From: an uncultured Anaerolineales bacterium
GTDB taxonomy: Bacteria > Chloroflexota > Anaerolineae > Anaerolineales > UBA11858
Assembly: GCA_964344175.1 (NCBI GenBank)
Contig: CAYFMI010000002.1
Span: 6,350 to 70,349, forward strand
Direction of reading: 5' to 3'
DNA length: 64,000 nucleotides
In this document: positions 19,962 through 28,089 of the stretch, piece by piece
Numbering within the stretch: position 1 is the first letter of the stretch
How the letters are laid out: each line of letters opens with the position of its first letter
The notes under the pieces: generated by a model
What the model saw: the letters and a program-made list of their open reading frames with translations, nothing else
What the model was told of the DNA's origin: nothing
Database searches by the model: none
Translations under genes and position numbers: made by a program

Positions 19962-21299
19962 TTATCCTCCTCCTGCCATCATCTGGCGCGCCGCCCGGCG
20001 GCCAATTTCTACAGCAAAGTTGGTGCCGCGATCCCAGGGGTAAACCTGGCTCATGCTGGCAAAATACAACCCGGAAATGGGCGTTTCGATGGCGGGGATA
20101 TTGCGCGAATGCTGCACCTCGGGGACAGGCTGCGCGTAGGTTGTGCGATGCAGCCAGCTCTTGATGACCCAATCGGGGCGGAAATTGGGGTTGAATCGCC
20201 GCAAAGTGGGGAGGTACTGCTCAAGAAGTTCGGCTTCACTCATCTCGAAAAAGGGGTGATCGCTTTCGAGATAATCGCCGCAATAGACAATGTGCTCGCC
20301 GCCGAAATGCTCTGGGGAGACATAGTTGGTGTGTTCAACGAACGCCAGGAAGGGATACCCGGCATCTTTGGGCAGGTTGAACCAGTAATAGCCCTCCTCT
20401 GAAAGCTGATGCCTGAGCGAGAGCGTTAGCACGATGGCTCCCATGGATTTTAAATTCAATAAACCGCGCAGATAGGCTTGGGGGAGTTCGGGGGCCAGCT
20501 TTGCCATCAGCGCCGGGGAAGTCGTGACGAGAACTTGATCGTAGGCTGGTTGAGCGTTGATGGTTGAAGGTTGTGTGTCACCGGTCGGCGGTCGTTGGTC
20601 GACGGTTAGTTGAATATGACCACGCTGGCCCATTCGACGAATTTGACGTACCGACGTGTGAAGATGTATCTCCACCCCCATGCCGCGCAGGATTTCAGCA
20701 AAGTCATCACAAAACGCCTGAAAGCCGCCCTGGTATGTGCCTAGCCGGGTCGTGCGGGCATGCAGGCGCGCCCAAAACCAGGCCATCGGGACGTCTTTGT
20801 AATAAGGGCCAAACTTGCCAATCAGCAGCGGCTGCCACATCTTCTCGTAGACGCGCTTTCCGGCCCATTTCCTCATCCAAGCGTGGGCGGTGACTTTCTC
20901 TAAGGCGCGCCAGTTCTTGGTCAGGCGTAGGTAGAGGCCCACCAGACCAAAGCGGAGTTTACCCAGCCCCCAGCCCAAACCGGGGAAGAGCAGCGCCTGG
21001 AGAATTGAATCGAAGGGATACCACGTTTCATTGTGCAGCATCACCGTATAAGGGCGCGGGAACAGCACTTTAGCACTCAGGCCCAGTTCGTCGATCAAAC
21101 CGAGCATATGGGCATCGGAGGCGAACCAATGATGATAGAAGTTCTCTACCGACCAGTCCCAGTGAGGCTCTTTGAAACCCGAGGCCAGGCCGCCCACCTG
21201 ATGTGCGGCTTCATATATCGTCACGCGATGCCCGGCGCGAGCAAGATCGTAGGCGGCGGACATGCCCGCTATCCCCGCGCCGATGATGGCAATATTCAT
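19962..21299 (-). CDS. NAD(P)/FAD-dependent oxidoreductase (amine oxidase / protoporphyrinogen-phytoene desaturase-like fold)
   Basis: N-terminal dinucleotide motif MNIAIIGAGIAGMSAAYDL and C-terminal YPWDRGTNFAVEIGRRAA. Start at ATG 21299 with GAGGGA SD. Substrate not inferable. Confidence 0.7.
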   Translation of the reverse strand: MNIAIIGAGIAGMSAAYDLARAGHRVTIYEAAHQVGGLASGFKEPHWDWSVENFYHHWFASDAHMLGLIDELGLSAKVLFPRPYTVMLHNETWYPFDSILQALLFPGLGWGLGKLRFGLVGLYLRLTKNWRALEKVTAHAWMRKWAGKRVYEKMWQPLLIGKFGPYYKDVPMAWFWARLHARTTRLGTYQGGFQAFCDDFAEILRGMGVEIHLHTSVRQIRRMGQRGHIQLTVDQRPPTGDTQPSTINAQPAYDQVLVTTSPALMAKLAPELPQAYLRGLLNLKSMGAIVLTLSLRHQLSEEGYYWFNLPKDAGYPFLAFVEHTNYVSPEHFGGEHIVYCGDYLESDHPFFEMSEAELLEQYLPTLRRFNPNFRPDWVIKSWLHRTTYAQPVPEVQHSRNIPAIETPISGLYFASMSQVYPWDRGTNFAVEIGRRAARQMMAGGG

Positions 21300-21354
21300 A
21301 GTCTCATCCCTCATAATTAGCACTCAGATATAAGTTTCCGGAAAAAAGGCTGTC

Positions 21355-24300
21355 TCAGGGCTGTATTGCAAAAACCGCCACCACCGGATCATGATCCGAC
21401 TTGCGCAAGGGTGATTCATCGCCCGGTATGGGGAGGGCATAATCGGCGTTAAGATGCAGAATCTCCACACGGCGTAACATATCCATCAACCCCGGTGTCA
21501 CCAGAATATGATCGAGCACCTGCGACTGACCCTGGTAGATGTAGGTGTAGCGCTCCTCGGCAGAAATCGCCTCAAAAACGTGTGCCAGCCCGGCCTCCCG
21601 CAAGGTGTCAATTGGCAAGGCGTCGTAATACGAGTTCAAATCGCCCATCACTGCCAGCAAGCCATCTGCATCTTCAGCCAGAATTCCCTCCATCACGGCG
21701 ACATTCCAGGCCGCCTGCGCATTGCGGCGCGGTTCGGTGGCTTCTTCGCCGCCGCTCATCGAGGTGAAGTGGTTGTTCAACACAGAGAACGTAACTGTGC
21801 CCTGACTTGTGACAACCGCGACCTGTACCTGCAACGGCGGGCGGCTGGTAATGCCCTCGGGCGCCGGGAACTGCGCCTGATGCAGAATTTCAGCCTGATC
21901 GCCGCGCACCAAATAACCCACATCAATATAGCGGCTGTCGGTGCCCTCGATCAACACGGCCTGGTAATCGTACCCGGCCAGGGCTTCGTGCGCAGCAACA
22001 TCTTCGAGGATCTCGATATTCTCAACTTCTTGCAGCCCCACCACGGTCGGTGCGCCGGCAGCGAGAATGGTGTTTGCCACTTTGGCAACATGGATGCGGT
22101 ACTCAGCAATCGCCGGCATCGAGGGGCTGGAAGGATGCGGGTCTTTGAAGTCAAACAGGTTTTCGACATTCCAGCTCATCAGGCTAAACTCATCCTCGGC
22201 CAGCGGCTCCAGCGTGGGCAATGTTCCCTCCGTGGCAAGGATAAACGGTTGTGTGACCGGCTCCACTTTGTATTGCCCAAAGGTATACGCCAACGGGCCA
22301 ATCAAGTTACTGACCTGATCGCCGCTATTAACCGCATACGCCAGGGTCGAACGGTCGTCATGAGCCGTGGTGCTGCCATCGTCTACCACAATGGCAATCC
22401 CATTGTCGGCGCCCTGCCACAAACGCGTTGCGCCATGCTCGGCTCGCACCAGCACATACTCGCCATAACGGTTGGTCGGAGCTACCGCCACCGCTGGGCC
22501 GCTGACCTGCACAAACATGCCCTCCAGCGCTTCATAATAGGCTTCGGCGGCGGCCTGCTCCACCGGCGGGTCTAGCTCAACGGGGATGGGTAATGAATTA
22601 GCGCTGCTCAACACAACAATATCGTCCGGGCTTTCGACTTGTAATTGCGTTTGCTGATAGGCCTCGCGCACCACCCCGCTCACTTGCGCCCAGTCGCCCG
22701 GCAGAACATCCACGGTCATCTCGCCGGTATGGATGTACAAGCCATCCGACGTCAGGGGATCATAGTCCTCTTCCAGGGCCTGGATCCAAAAACCTTCCAA
22801 TTCGGGGAACACGCCGGTCACCACACCGGTGGTGGTCGCCCGATCGAAGATATACGGCGAACGCGTCCCATCCCCCTGGATCGCCCAAACCGGCACGATC
22901 TCGCCCAGAAATATCAAGTGCGCCTGGCTTTCGGCAGGCTCCGGCCCATCGGCGGCGCTGACCTGTGCCTTCTCCAGACGGATGAACTCTTCGGTGGTGA
23001 CGATCTTGGCCTGATAGCTGACAGTTGCCGATTCACCCAGCCCCTCTAACGCTGGGATCATCCACACAACTGCGTCATCCTGACGGATGCCCTCGTCGGA
23101 GATACTCTCCAGCGAAAAATCGAAACGCGGTAAGGGCGCGGTAATTTGCACATCGTGAACGGCAGCCGGGGTGTAGTTGGTGACCGTCAACTGCACATCG
23201 AAGGTTGCACCCGCCTCAATTGTGTTGGGTGCATCTACGTCAATTTGCAGCACAGGCGGGTAAACTTTTGCCAGGTCGGCCTGCAGGCGCGGGTAAACGC
23301 GCTGGGTCTGATCGGTGACCTCAACAATCCCGGTGATCTGGTACGTCTCGCCGCTCTCGATGGCTTCGACGCTGATCTCGGTGAGCTTATCAACATAGAC
23401 ACTTGCCAGATAGCCGTATTCGTCTACCAGATCGATTTCGTAGCTGTACGTAAACTCCTCCACGCGGGCTACTGTTCCCTCAGCCCGGATCAGCCTTCCG
23501 GGGAGATTCTGCAAATCGGTGGCCGCATCTTCAACGCTGACCTGCAAAGGAGGCCACGCTGTCAACTCGGAGCCGCGCCCCACAACTTCTACGCCTTCGG
23601 GGGCAGGGGCCAGCTCCATTGCCCCGCGATAAACCAGCAACAGGCCGCGCACGCGCACGCGGTCGCCCAACTGCACGTTGACGTCACCTTCACCATCATC
23701 AATCCATACCTGTAAACCGCCGGTTTCATCTTCCATGTAGAACTTTGTATTACCGCTGCCCGCATAGAGGCCGCCGGTTTGCATGGTGACAATCCCTTCG
23801 ACGATGATCTCTTCATTCGCCAGCGAACGTGCCGTACCAATCGGGATCGTCCCACCGGCCACAGCCGTGCGCGCTGCGCCGCCCATCGCCAGCAAAGCGC
23901 CGTCTTGCGCAGCGACCGCATAATTGGCCGTCGTAACCGTAAGATACGTCCAGGGCGCTTTGAGCGCAATTTCGACGCTGGCGGATGCGCCTGCATCGAG
24001 CGTGTTGACCCTCCATAAAACGACCTGATGGCTCGCGGCGAGGGTACTCATATCGAAGTAGGACGCTTGTTCGGCAAGCTCAACATCGGCAGGTAGCGTG
24101 AGGATCTCAAATTCGCTGGGAACCGGCACCTGCACCACCAGGCCTTCTGCGGCAAGAGCGCCTTCGTTGCTGACGGTCAGGGTGTAGCTAAACGTCTCGC
24201 CGGGGTTGACGGTTTCGGGAAAATCGAGACGGAGGGTGAGATCACCCGACCAGGCGGCGTTCTGAGGCCCAGGCGCATCACTGAGGGTAAAGGTTCCACC

Positions 24301-24819
24301 GGTGCGCAGCAGAGCAAGGCCATTTTCCATTGCCGGCGCGGCCTCGGTGAGGCGGTAGGCTTCTGGGCCATTGCCCCAGGCCAGCGAATCCAGCACAGTG
24401 CCATCGGCGGCACGCAGCTGCAAGCCGCCGCGCTGCGGCACAAAGGGCAGCTCGATCAGGGCATCTACGGGAACGCTATACTCTTTATCGGCACGCCCCA
24501 ATAAATAGGTGCCTCCTGGAGCTATTAAGGCATGGTCCGCCCAGCGATAGGCTAATTCTTCGTCGGCGTCATCGGAAAGTTGATACCACAACGCCGCTCC
24601 CTTAAGATCGAATGGCGCTTCCAAAGAAGGGTTGGTCAACTCGATAAATTCGTAATTATTGTCTCCTGGCATTCCGGCCAAGACCTCGCCGATCAACACC
24701 GGTGAGGTGAGGGCAATGTTACTTTCTGTTGATGTTACAGCAGGTGCGACCTCGCCCGAATTGCAGGCGGTTAACAGCAATACGACAAAAAGGATTCCGA
24801 TAACAGTTAGTTTTCGCAT
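21355..24819 (-). CDS. ExeM/NucH-type extracellular nuclease lipoprotein (lamin-tail domain + repeat domains + endonuclease/exonuclease/phosphatase domain)
   Basis: Lipobox LLLTACNS. LTD-like IGEVLAGMPGDNNYEFIELTNPS. DUF11/CARDB-like TLTVSNEG repeats. C-terminal EEP motifs SWNVENLFD, GLQEVEN, NNHFTS, GDLNS and SDHDPVVAVF. Confidence 0.8.
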   Translation of the reverse strand: MRKLTVIGILFVVLLLTACNSGEVAPAVTSTESNIALTSPVLIGEVLAGMPGDNNYEFIELTNPSLEAPFDLKGAALWYQLSDDADEELAYRWADHALIAPGGTYLLGRADKEYSVPVDALIELPFVPQRGGLQLRAADGTVLDSLAWGNGPEAYRLTEAAPAMENGLALLRTGGTFTLSDAPGPQNAAWSGDLTLRLDFPETVNPGETFSYTLTVSNEGALAAEGLVVQVPVPSEFEILTLPADVELAEQASYFDMSTLAASHQVVLWRVNTLDAGASASVEIALKAPWTYLTVTTANYAVAAQDGALLAMGGAARTAVAGGTIPIGTARSLANEEIIVEGIVTMQTGGLYAGSGNTKFYMEDETGGLQVWIDDGEGDVNVQLGDRVRVRGLLLVYRGAMELAPAPEGVEVVGRGSELTAWPPLQVSVEDAATDLQNLPGRLIRAEGTVARVEEFTYSYEIDLVDEYGYLASVYVDKLTEISVEAIESGETYQITGIVEVTDQTQRVYPRLQADLAKVYPPVLQIDVDAPNTIEAGATFDVQLTVTNYTPAAVHDVQITAPLPRFDFSLESISDEGIRQDDAVVWMIPALEGLGESATVSYQAKIVTTEEFIRLEKAQVSAADGPEPAESQAHLIFLGEIVPVWAIQGDGTRSPYIFDRATTTGVVTGVFPELEGFWIQALEEDYDPLTSDGLYIHTGEMTVDVLPGDWAQVSGVVREAYQQTQLQVESPDDIVVLSSANSLPIPVELDPPVEQAAAEAYYEALEGMFVQVSGPAVAVAPTNRYGEYVLVRAEHGATRLWQGADNGIAIVVDDGSTTAHDDRSTLAYAVNSGDQVSNLIGPLAYTFGQYKVEPVTQPFILATEGTLPTLEPLAEDEFSLMSWNVENLFDFKDPHPSSPSMPAIAEYRIHVAKVANTILAAGAPTVVGLQEVENIEILEDVAAHEALAGYDYQAVLIEGTDSRYIDVGYLVRGDQAEILHQAQFPAPEGITSRPPLQVQVAVVTSQGTVTFSVLNNHFTSMSGGEEATEPRRNAQAAWNVAVMEGILAEDADGLLAVMGDLNSYYDALPIDTLREAGLAHVFEAISAEERYTYIYQGQSQVLDHILVTPGLMDMLRRVEILHLNADYALPIPGDESPLRKSDHDPVVAVFAIQP

Positions 24820-24824
24820 CGAAT

Positions 24825-25823
24825 TTACTCCTCCAGGTTGAACTCATCGCCCCATTTGATCCCTTCGCGCGCCATGTAATAGCCGCCCAATAGCGTAATC
24901 GGCAGCCATAGGGCAATATGCAACACCAGGGTATACCCTGCGGCGATGGCGCCATCTACGCCGTAGGCTTTGAGCACGGCGATGCCGGGGGCGTCAAATG
25001 TCCCCACATAACCCGGCGCAGATGGGATGGTCGTCGCCAGATTGACAATGCCGTTCATCAGCATCAGGGCAAAGAAACTGACTTGAAAATCGAAAGCGTG
25101 CATGACAAACCAGTATTTGCCGGTCTCTAAGAGCCAGATCACCAGCGAAGTGACAAATACCATCAAGGCTTCACGGGGAGAGCGCAAAGACTCCAGGCCG
25201 CCCAAGAAACGCACCGACACCGAGAGAGCTTTCGCTCGCCAGCGCTCCGGGACGAGACGTTGAATCAATATACGCGTCAGCTTTTCGGTGGGTGTTGGGA
25301 ACATAGCCGCCAACAAAAAGAGCAGCAACACGCCCAAAAAAGCGGCTGCCCCCCACAAGGCTAGACTCTGAATGTCCCCCACAAACCCAGAATCAAATGT
25401 CAGACGGGCTAACTCCGGCAAATTCAAAAAGACAAACGACAGCATGACCACGCCATCGAAGACGCGCTCGACAATAATGGTCGCCAGCGAAGCCGAAACC
25501 GGCACTCCGGCGCGCCGTTTGAGTACCACCGCTCGCAAAATTTCTCCGGCGCGGGCCGGGTAAATGTTGTTGCCCATATAGCCAATTGCCACAATTGGGA
25601 ACATGGTGCGCGTGGACACGGCCTTAACCGGGCGCAGTAAATAATGCCAACGCCAGGCCCGCGCCCATACGCCAACAAAATACACCGCCACCCCAGGGAG
25701 CAGCCAGAAATAGCGCGCTCCGATCAGAATTTGCCACATATCAGCGAAATGTAATCCGCGTAACGCCAGGTACAAGAATAGAGCGCTGATAAACACGCCC
25801 AACCAGAATTGCCACCGTTTCAT
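24825..25823 (-). CDS. Flippase-like (LPG-synthase TM domain / UPF0104) membrane protein
   Basis: Polytopic. Features WRWHYLL, GNNIYPARAGE and a C-terminal YGVDGAIAAGYTLVLH-like segment. Start uncertain (ATG 25823 preferred, ORF extends to 25922). Stop is 5 nt from the nuclease start. Confidence 0.6.
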   Translation of the reverse strand: MKRWQFWLGVFISALFLYLALRGLHFADMWQILIGARYFWLLPGVAVYFVGVWARAWRWHYLLRPVKAVSTRTMFPIVAIGYMGNNIYPARAGEILRAVVLKRRAGVPVSASLATIIVERVFDGVVMLSFVFLNLPELARLTFDSGFVGDIQSLALWGAAAFLGVLLLFLLAAMFPTPTEKLTRILIQRLVPERWRAKALSVSVRFLGGLESLRSPREALMVFVTSLVIWLLETGKYWFVMHAFDFQVSFFALMLMNGIVNLATTIPSAPGYVGTFDAPGIAVLKAYGVDGAIAAGYTLVLHIALWLPITLLGGYYMAREGIKWGDEFNLEE

Positions 25824-26043
25824 GGGGTGGATTTTACCACCGTCGGGGAAATCACCTTGCGCGCAAATTGATTCAAGATCCGCTTTCGCGATTCGGATAA
25901 ATTTCATCCAGAATATTGTCATATCGCTTCAATGATGCCTGACACTGGACTACTGGATGAAGTACTGGCATACTTTTTATACGCTGCGACCTTGTCAAGG
26001 AAAAACCAGCGAGATACGAGAGCAAATTATTGGAGGCAGAGAA

Positions 26044-26268
26044 ATGGCGGTAAAAACCTGGGAAGTCGAGAAAGTTCATCATTGCCACCATGTTGGCAAA
26101 GAAGTCGGTTTAGAAGCTGAGGTCGTCTACCCAGCTGAGTGGTTGCCCGATCAACCGCCGCGCATCATCGGCCACCGTTGCAGTGAGGGCGTTTCGTGCA
26201 ATTTGGATGGGCGCGCAAGCTGTATGTGGGCCGGAACAAACCCAACCTACGACCCGTTTCGCGAGTAA
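26044..26268 (+). CDS. Small Cys/His-rich hypothetical protein (74 aa)
   Basis: GGAGG lies 8 nt before ATG 26044. Sequence HHCHH ... HRCSEGVSCNLDGRASC suggests metal binding. Followed by a strong hairpin. Confidence 0.45.
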   Translation: MAVKTWEVEKVHHCHHVGKEVGLEAEVVYPAEWLPDQPPRIIGHRCSEGVSCNLDGRASCMWAGTNPTYDPFRE

Positions 26269-26289
26269 TTGAATTCCAACTCCAATCAT

Positions 26290-26337
26290 CCAAAAAGGGA
26301 TGCAGGTGCGGCGCGCCGCACCTGCATCCCTTTTTGG
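26290..26337. terminator. Perfect 48-nt palindrome with A5/T5 runs
   Basis: CCAAAAAGGGATGCAGGTGCGGCG|CGCCGCACCTGCATCCCTTTTTGG. Confidence 0.7.
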
Positions 26338-26342
26338 ATTTA

Positions 26343-26351
26343 TGCTATACT
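26343..26351 (+). promoter_or_regulatory. Extended -10-like element TGCTATACT
   Basis: TG-n-TATACT lies 6 nt upstream of the GTG at 26358. It has the same geometry as TGCTAAAAT at 35983. Confidence 0.3.
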
Positions 26352-26357
26352 TATCGT

Positions 26358-26606
26358 GTGAATAATGACCAGCACATCTGGAAAACGTGGGCAAATAGCC
26401 TCCACCGCTGGGGGTTAGACCATGTGGTCGTAACCATTCTAGAAGCAACCGCGCCACTCCACTGGCTGGGTGCGCAGGTCATTCATGTTGGGCAGCCGTT
26501 GTTCAGTCAGGTTGCGCCGGAAAATCACGTTCTTGCATTAACAAAAATTCTCGAAAATCCTGACAAATCTCAGGCATTTATGGCCTTTCTACGGCAAAAC
26601 GCGTAA
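26358..26606 (+). CDS. Hypothetical small protein (82 aa, GTG start), possible first gene of the 26.3-34.3 kb operon
   Basis: This is the 3' part of ORF 26196..26606. The upstream part runs through the palindrome and is not credible. No motif recognised. Confidence 0.3.
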   Translation: MNNDQHIWKTWANSLHRWGLDHVVVTILEATAPLHWLGAQVIHVGQPLFSQVAPENHVLALTKILENPDKSQAFMAFLRQNA

Positions 26607-26641
26607 CTCCTAGATTCTGCAATTACCGGAGGTAGCTTACA

Positions 26642-27424
26642 GTGACCTTTGCTGGTCTCATCGGCCTGGTTTTCATTCTGGCTTTTTTTGGACTAATCAT
26701 CCTCTTCAGCGTTGCCCGCCGTGACGGGGCAGGTGCAAAGCTGCGCCCCATCGCAGCGTTCATAAAATTACGGCGCGCCATTGGCCTGGCTGTTGAAGCA
26801 GGGTCGCGGCTGCACATCAGCATTGGGCGCGGCAACCTTACGGGGACCGAAAGCGCGGCTGCATTTGCCGGTTTAAGCGCCCTGAAAGGCATGATCCACT
26901 CGGCCTCCTCGGGCGACAATCCCCCCGTCGCCACCACCGGCGACGCGTCCCTCTCTATCCTTACCCGCGACACCATCAGCGGCACTTACCGCGAAATTGG
27001 CATTAGCGAACAGTATCACCCCAATAGCGGTCAGCTAACCGGCATGACGCCCTTCTCATATGCTGCGGGGACATTGCCGCTCGTTGAAGATCCCAAAACA
27101 ACGACACATATTTTATTGGGGCATTTTGGCAACGAAGTCGCGCTAATAAGCGATGCCGGTCAGCGCAGCGGCGACCTTACCCTGGCGGGAACCGACAACC
27201 TGCCCGCCCAAGCCATCCTGTATGCCACCGCTCAAGAGCCGCTGATTGGCGAAGAAGTTTACGCCAGCGGGGCCTATATTCAGGAAAACGCCATGCACAT
27301 TGCCAGCCTACGCGCTCAAGATGTCATCCGTTGGCTGTTGGCAGCCATTATTCTCGGAGGAATTGCGCTAAAATTCGCCGGATTAGATAACCTCTTCAAT
27401 AGCCTGTTGGAGGGGCTGCTGTGA
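26642..27424 (+). CDS. Membrane protein with N- and C-terminal TM segments, unknown function
   Basis: GTG start with GGAGG 9 nt upstream. N-terminal TM FAGLIGLVFILAFFGLIILF, a domain of about 200 aa, then C-terminal TM WLLAAIILGGIAL. Confidence 0.65.
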   Translation: MTFAGLIGLVFILAFFGLIILFSVARRDGAGAKLRPIAAFIKLRRAIGLAVEAGSRLHISIGRGNLTGTESAAAFAGLSALKGMIHSASSGDNPPVATTGDASLSILTRDTISGTYREIGISEQYHPNSGQLTGMTPFSYAAGTLPLVEDPKTTTHILLGHFGNEVALISDAGQRSGDLTLAGTDNLPAQAILYATAQEPLIGEEVYASGAYIQENAMHIASLRAQDVIRWLLAAIILGGIALKFAGLDNLFNSLLEGLL

Positions 27425-28086
27425 ATCTCAAGTTGAAATCGCCTGTCTCCACGGCCATGGCTATCGGCGTTGGGTTGGTCGTTCTGCTGGGCTATTTCTT
27501 CGGCAGCGATGCCGCCGGCAGCCTAACTCCGTTGGGCATACTGCGCAACTATTTCTTACAAGGGGCCATCATCTGGGCCGCGGTGGCATTGATCGTTGGC
27601 ATTGCTAATCTGGCATCGGTTCACTTAAACTACATTCGCCAAAACACAGGCGGGGGGTATAGCTTCATTCTACTGCTCGCTCTCATTGTCACCATCGGTG
27701 TGGGCCTTTACGACATCTTGCAAACGCATTTCAATCAGGAACTTAACTTCCAGCGTATGCGCTGGGTTTTCGACTACATCCAACTGCCCATCGAAACCAG
27801 CCTGATGGCCGTCCTGGCCATCAGCCTGACCTATGCCGCCGCCCGCCTGCTGGCCCGCAGGCTTAATTTGCTCTCGGTGGTCTTTGTGGGCGTAGTGCTG
27901 TTATTGTTGGTTGGCGCAGCTCCACAAATTGCCGCCCAGGCTCCCCTGCTGGCCGACATCCGCAATTGGATCTTGCAAGTTCCCACCCTGGCCGGGGCAC
28001 GCGGCATTTTGCTGGGCGTTGCGCTGGGGACTATCGCCACCGGCATTCGTATTCTGACCGGCAGCGACCGGCCGTATGGGGGTTAG
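27421..28086 (+). CDS. Polytopic membrane protein, unknown function
   Basis: GTGA start/stop overlap with the preceding gene. About six hydrophobic segments. Confidence 0.65.
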   Translation: MNLKLKSPVSTAMAIGVGLVVLLGYFFGSDAAGSLTPLGILRNYFLQGAIIWAAVALIVGIANLASVHLNYIRQNTGGGYSFILLLALIVTIGVGLYDILQTHFNQELNFQRMRWVFDYIQLPIETSLMAVLAISLTYAAARLLARRLNLLSVVFVGVVLLLLVGAAPQIAAQAPLLADIRNWILQVPTLAGARGILLGVALGTIATGIRILTGSDRPYGG

Positions 28087-28089
28087 CCA

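Noticed and set aside
21508-22575. 355-aa plus-strand ORF inside the ExeM/NucH nuclease gene.
   Set aside because: It is antisense to a well-supported CDS, has no recognisable motif or SD, and shows the Arg/Gly/His-rich composition typical of shadow ORFs.
26196-26357. The upstream part of ORF 26196..26606.
   Set aside because: It overlaps the 3' end of the Cys/His-rich gene and reads straight through the 48-nt perfect palindrome. Only the part after the GTG at 26358 is kept, at low confidence.
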